Origin: Nageia nagi
Lineage: Eukaryota > Plantae > Pinophyta
Length of the DNA: 64,000 nucleotides
NCBI GenBank assembly: GCA_050084985.1
Contig: JBITNC010000002.1
Coordinates: forward strand, 37,572,001-37,636,000
Direction: 5' to 3'
Numbering within the stretch: the first letter of the stretch is position 1; the number at the start of each line of letters is the position of its first letter. Positions 63,701 to 64,000 of this stretch are shown in pieces. The notes beneath the pieces were generated by a model. The model ran no database searches, was not told the DNA's origin, and worked only from the letters and a program-made list of their open reading frames with translations. The position numbers were made by a program, and so were the translations under genes.

Positions 63701-64000
63701 AAGCTTCTTTGTAGGATGAGGGCTCATTCTTACAATCAATTTTGGCAAATAAGGATTTTCTAATGGTCACACACCTTGTTATCCTTTGTGTTGGAGAGAT
63801 TAGTTCCTTAGGTGACAAATCCACACTAACATCCAACGAGTAAGGAGCAACAGAAGGATCATCACCCTCATCAAGGTTCTCATAAGATGTAGACTTTTCA
63901 AGTAGTTCATTGAAATTTGCATCCTTTGACACACATAATACACATGAAGAAGATTGATATAGCTTGTAGCTTCTATGCTGATTATCATAGCCCACAAAGA
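60737..64000 (-). mobile_element. Ty1/Copia retrotransposon 3' half (IN end, RT, RNase H, ~1-kb 3' region, PPT, 3' LTR ~60737-61179); runs off the window
   Basis: GYDNQHRSYKLY, EPSSYKEA, RLVAMGFAQKYGIDYEETF, QLDVKSAFFNG, SLYGLKQA, LNVDYLLI, ISWASKKQ, DLFTKPL; stop at 62198; PPT TTAAGGGGGAG at 61180-61190. Confidence 0.93.

Overview
AT-rich, CpG-depleted plant nuclear DNA. Multi-kb TE-filled introns and heavily decayed retroelements suggest a large-genome seed plant, probably a gymnosperm (inference). There is one host gene: a minus-strand chloroplast monogalactosyldiacylglycerol synthase (MGD1-like, GT28). Seven GT-AG exons map between 25412 and 10515 (1389 nt, 463 aa). The expected last exon (~70 aa) is not in the window, so intron 7 is >10.5 kb or the gene is truncated. 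The rest is nested transposable-element sequence: an hAT-type MITE with an 8-bp TSD; five copies of one Gypsy LTR family, two of them bounding a gag-protease-only element; three RTE/RTEX-like LINE pieces; several L1 ORF1 relics; four decayed Copia elements; and a non-coding LTR element inserted inside a Copia integrase motif. The most unusual structure lies in putative intron 7: about 9 copies of a ~184-bp tandem repeat with conserved internal palindromes, then a TATA box, then a long decayed PMD/Transposase_32-like accessory ORF. It is a candidate TE-encoded array-plus-protein regulatory module. No tRNA, rRNA, CRISPR or prokaryotic genes were seen. Protein-family calls come from motif recognition, not database searches.
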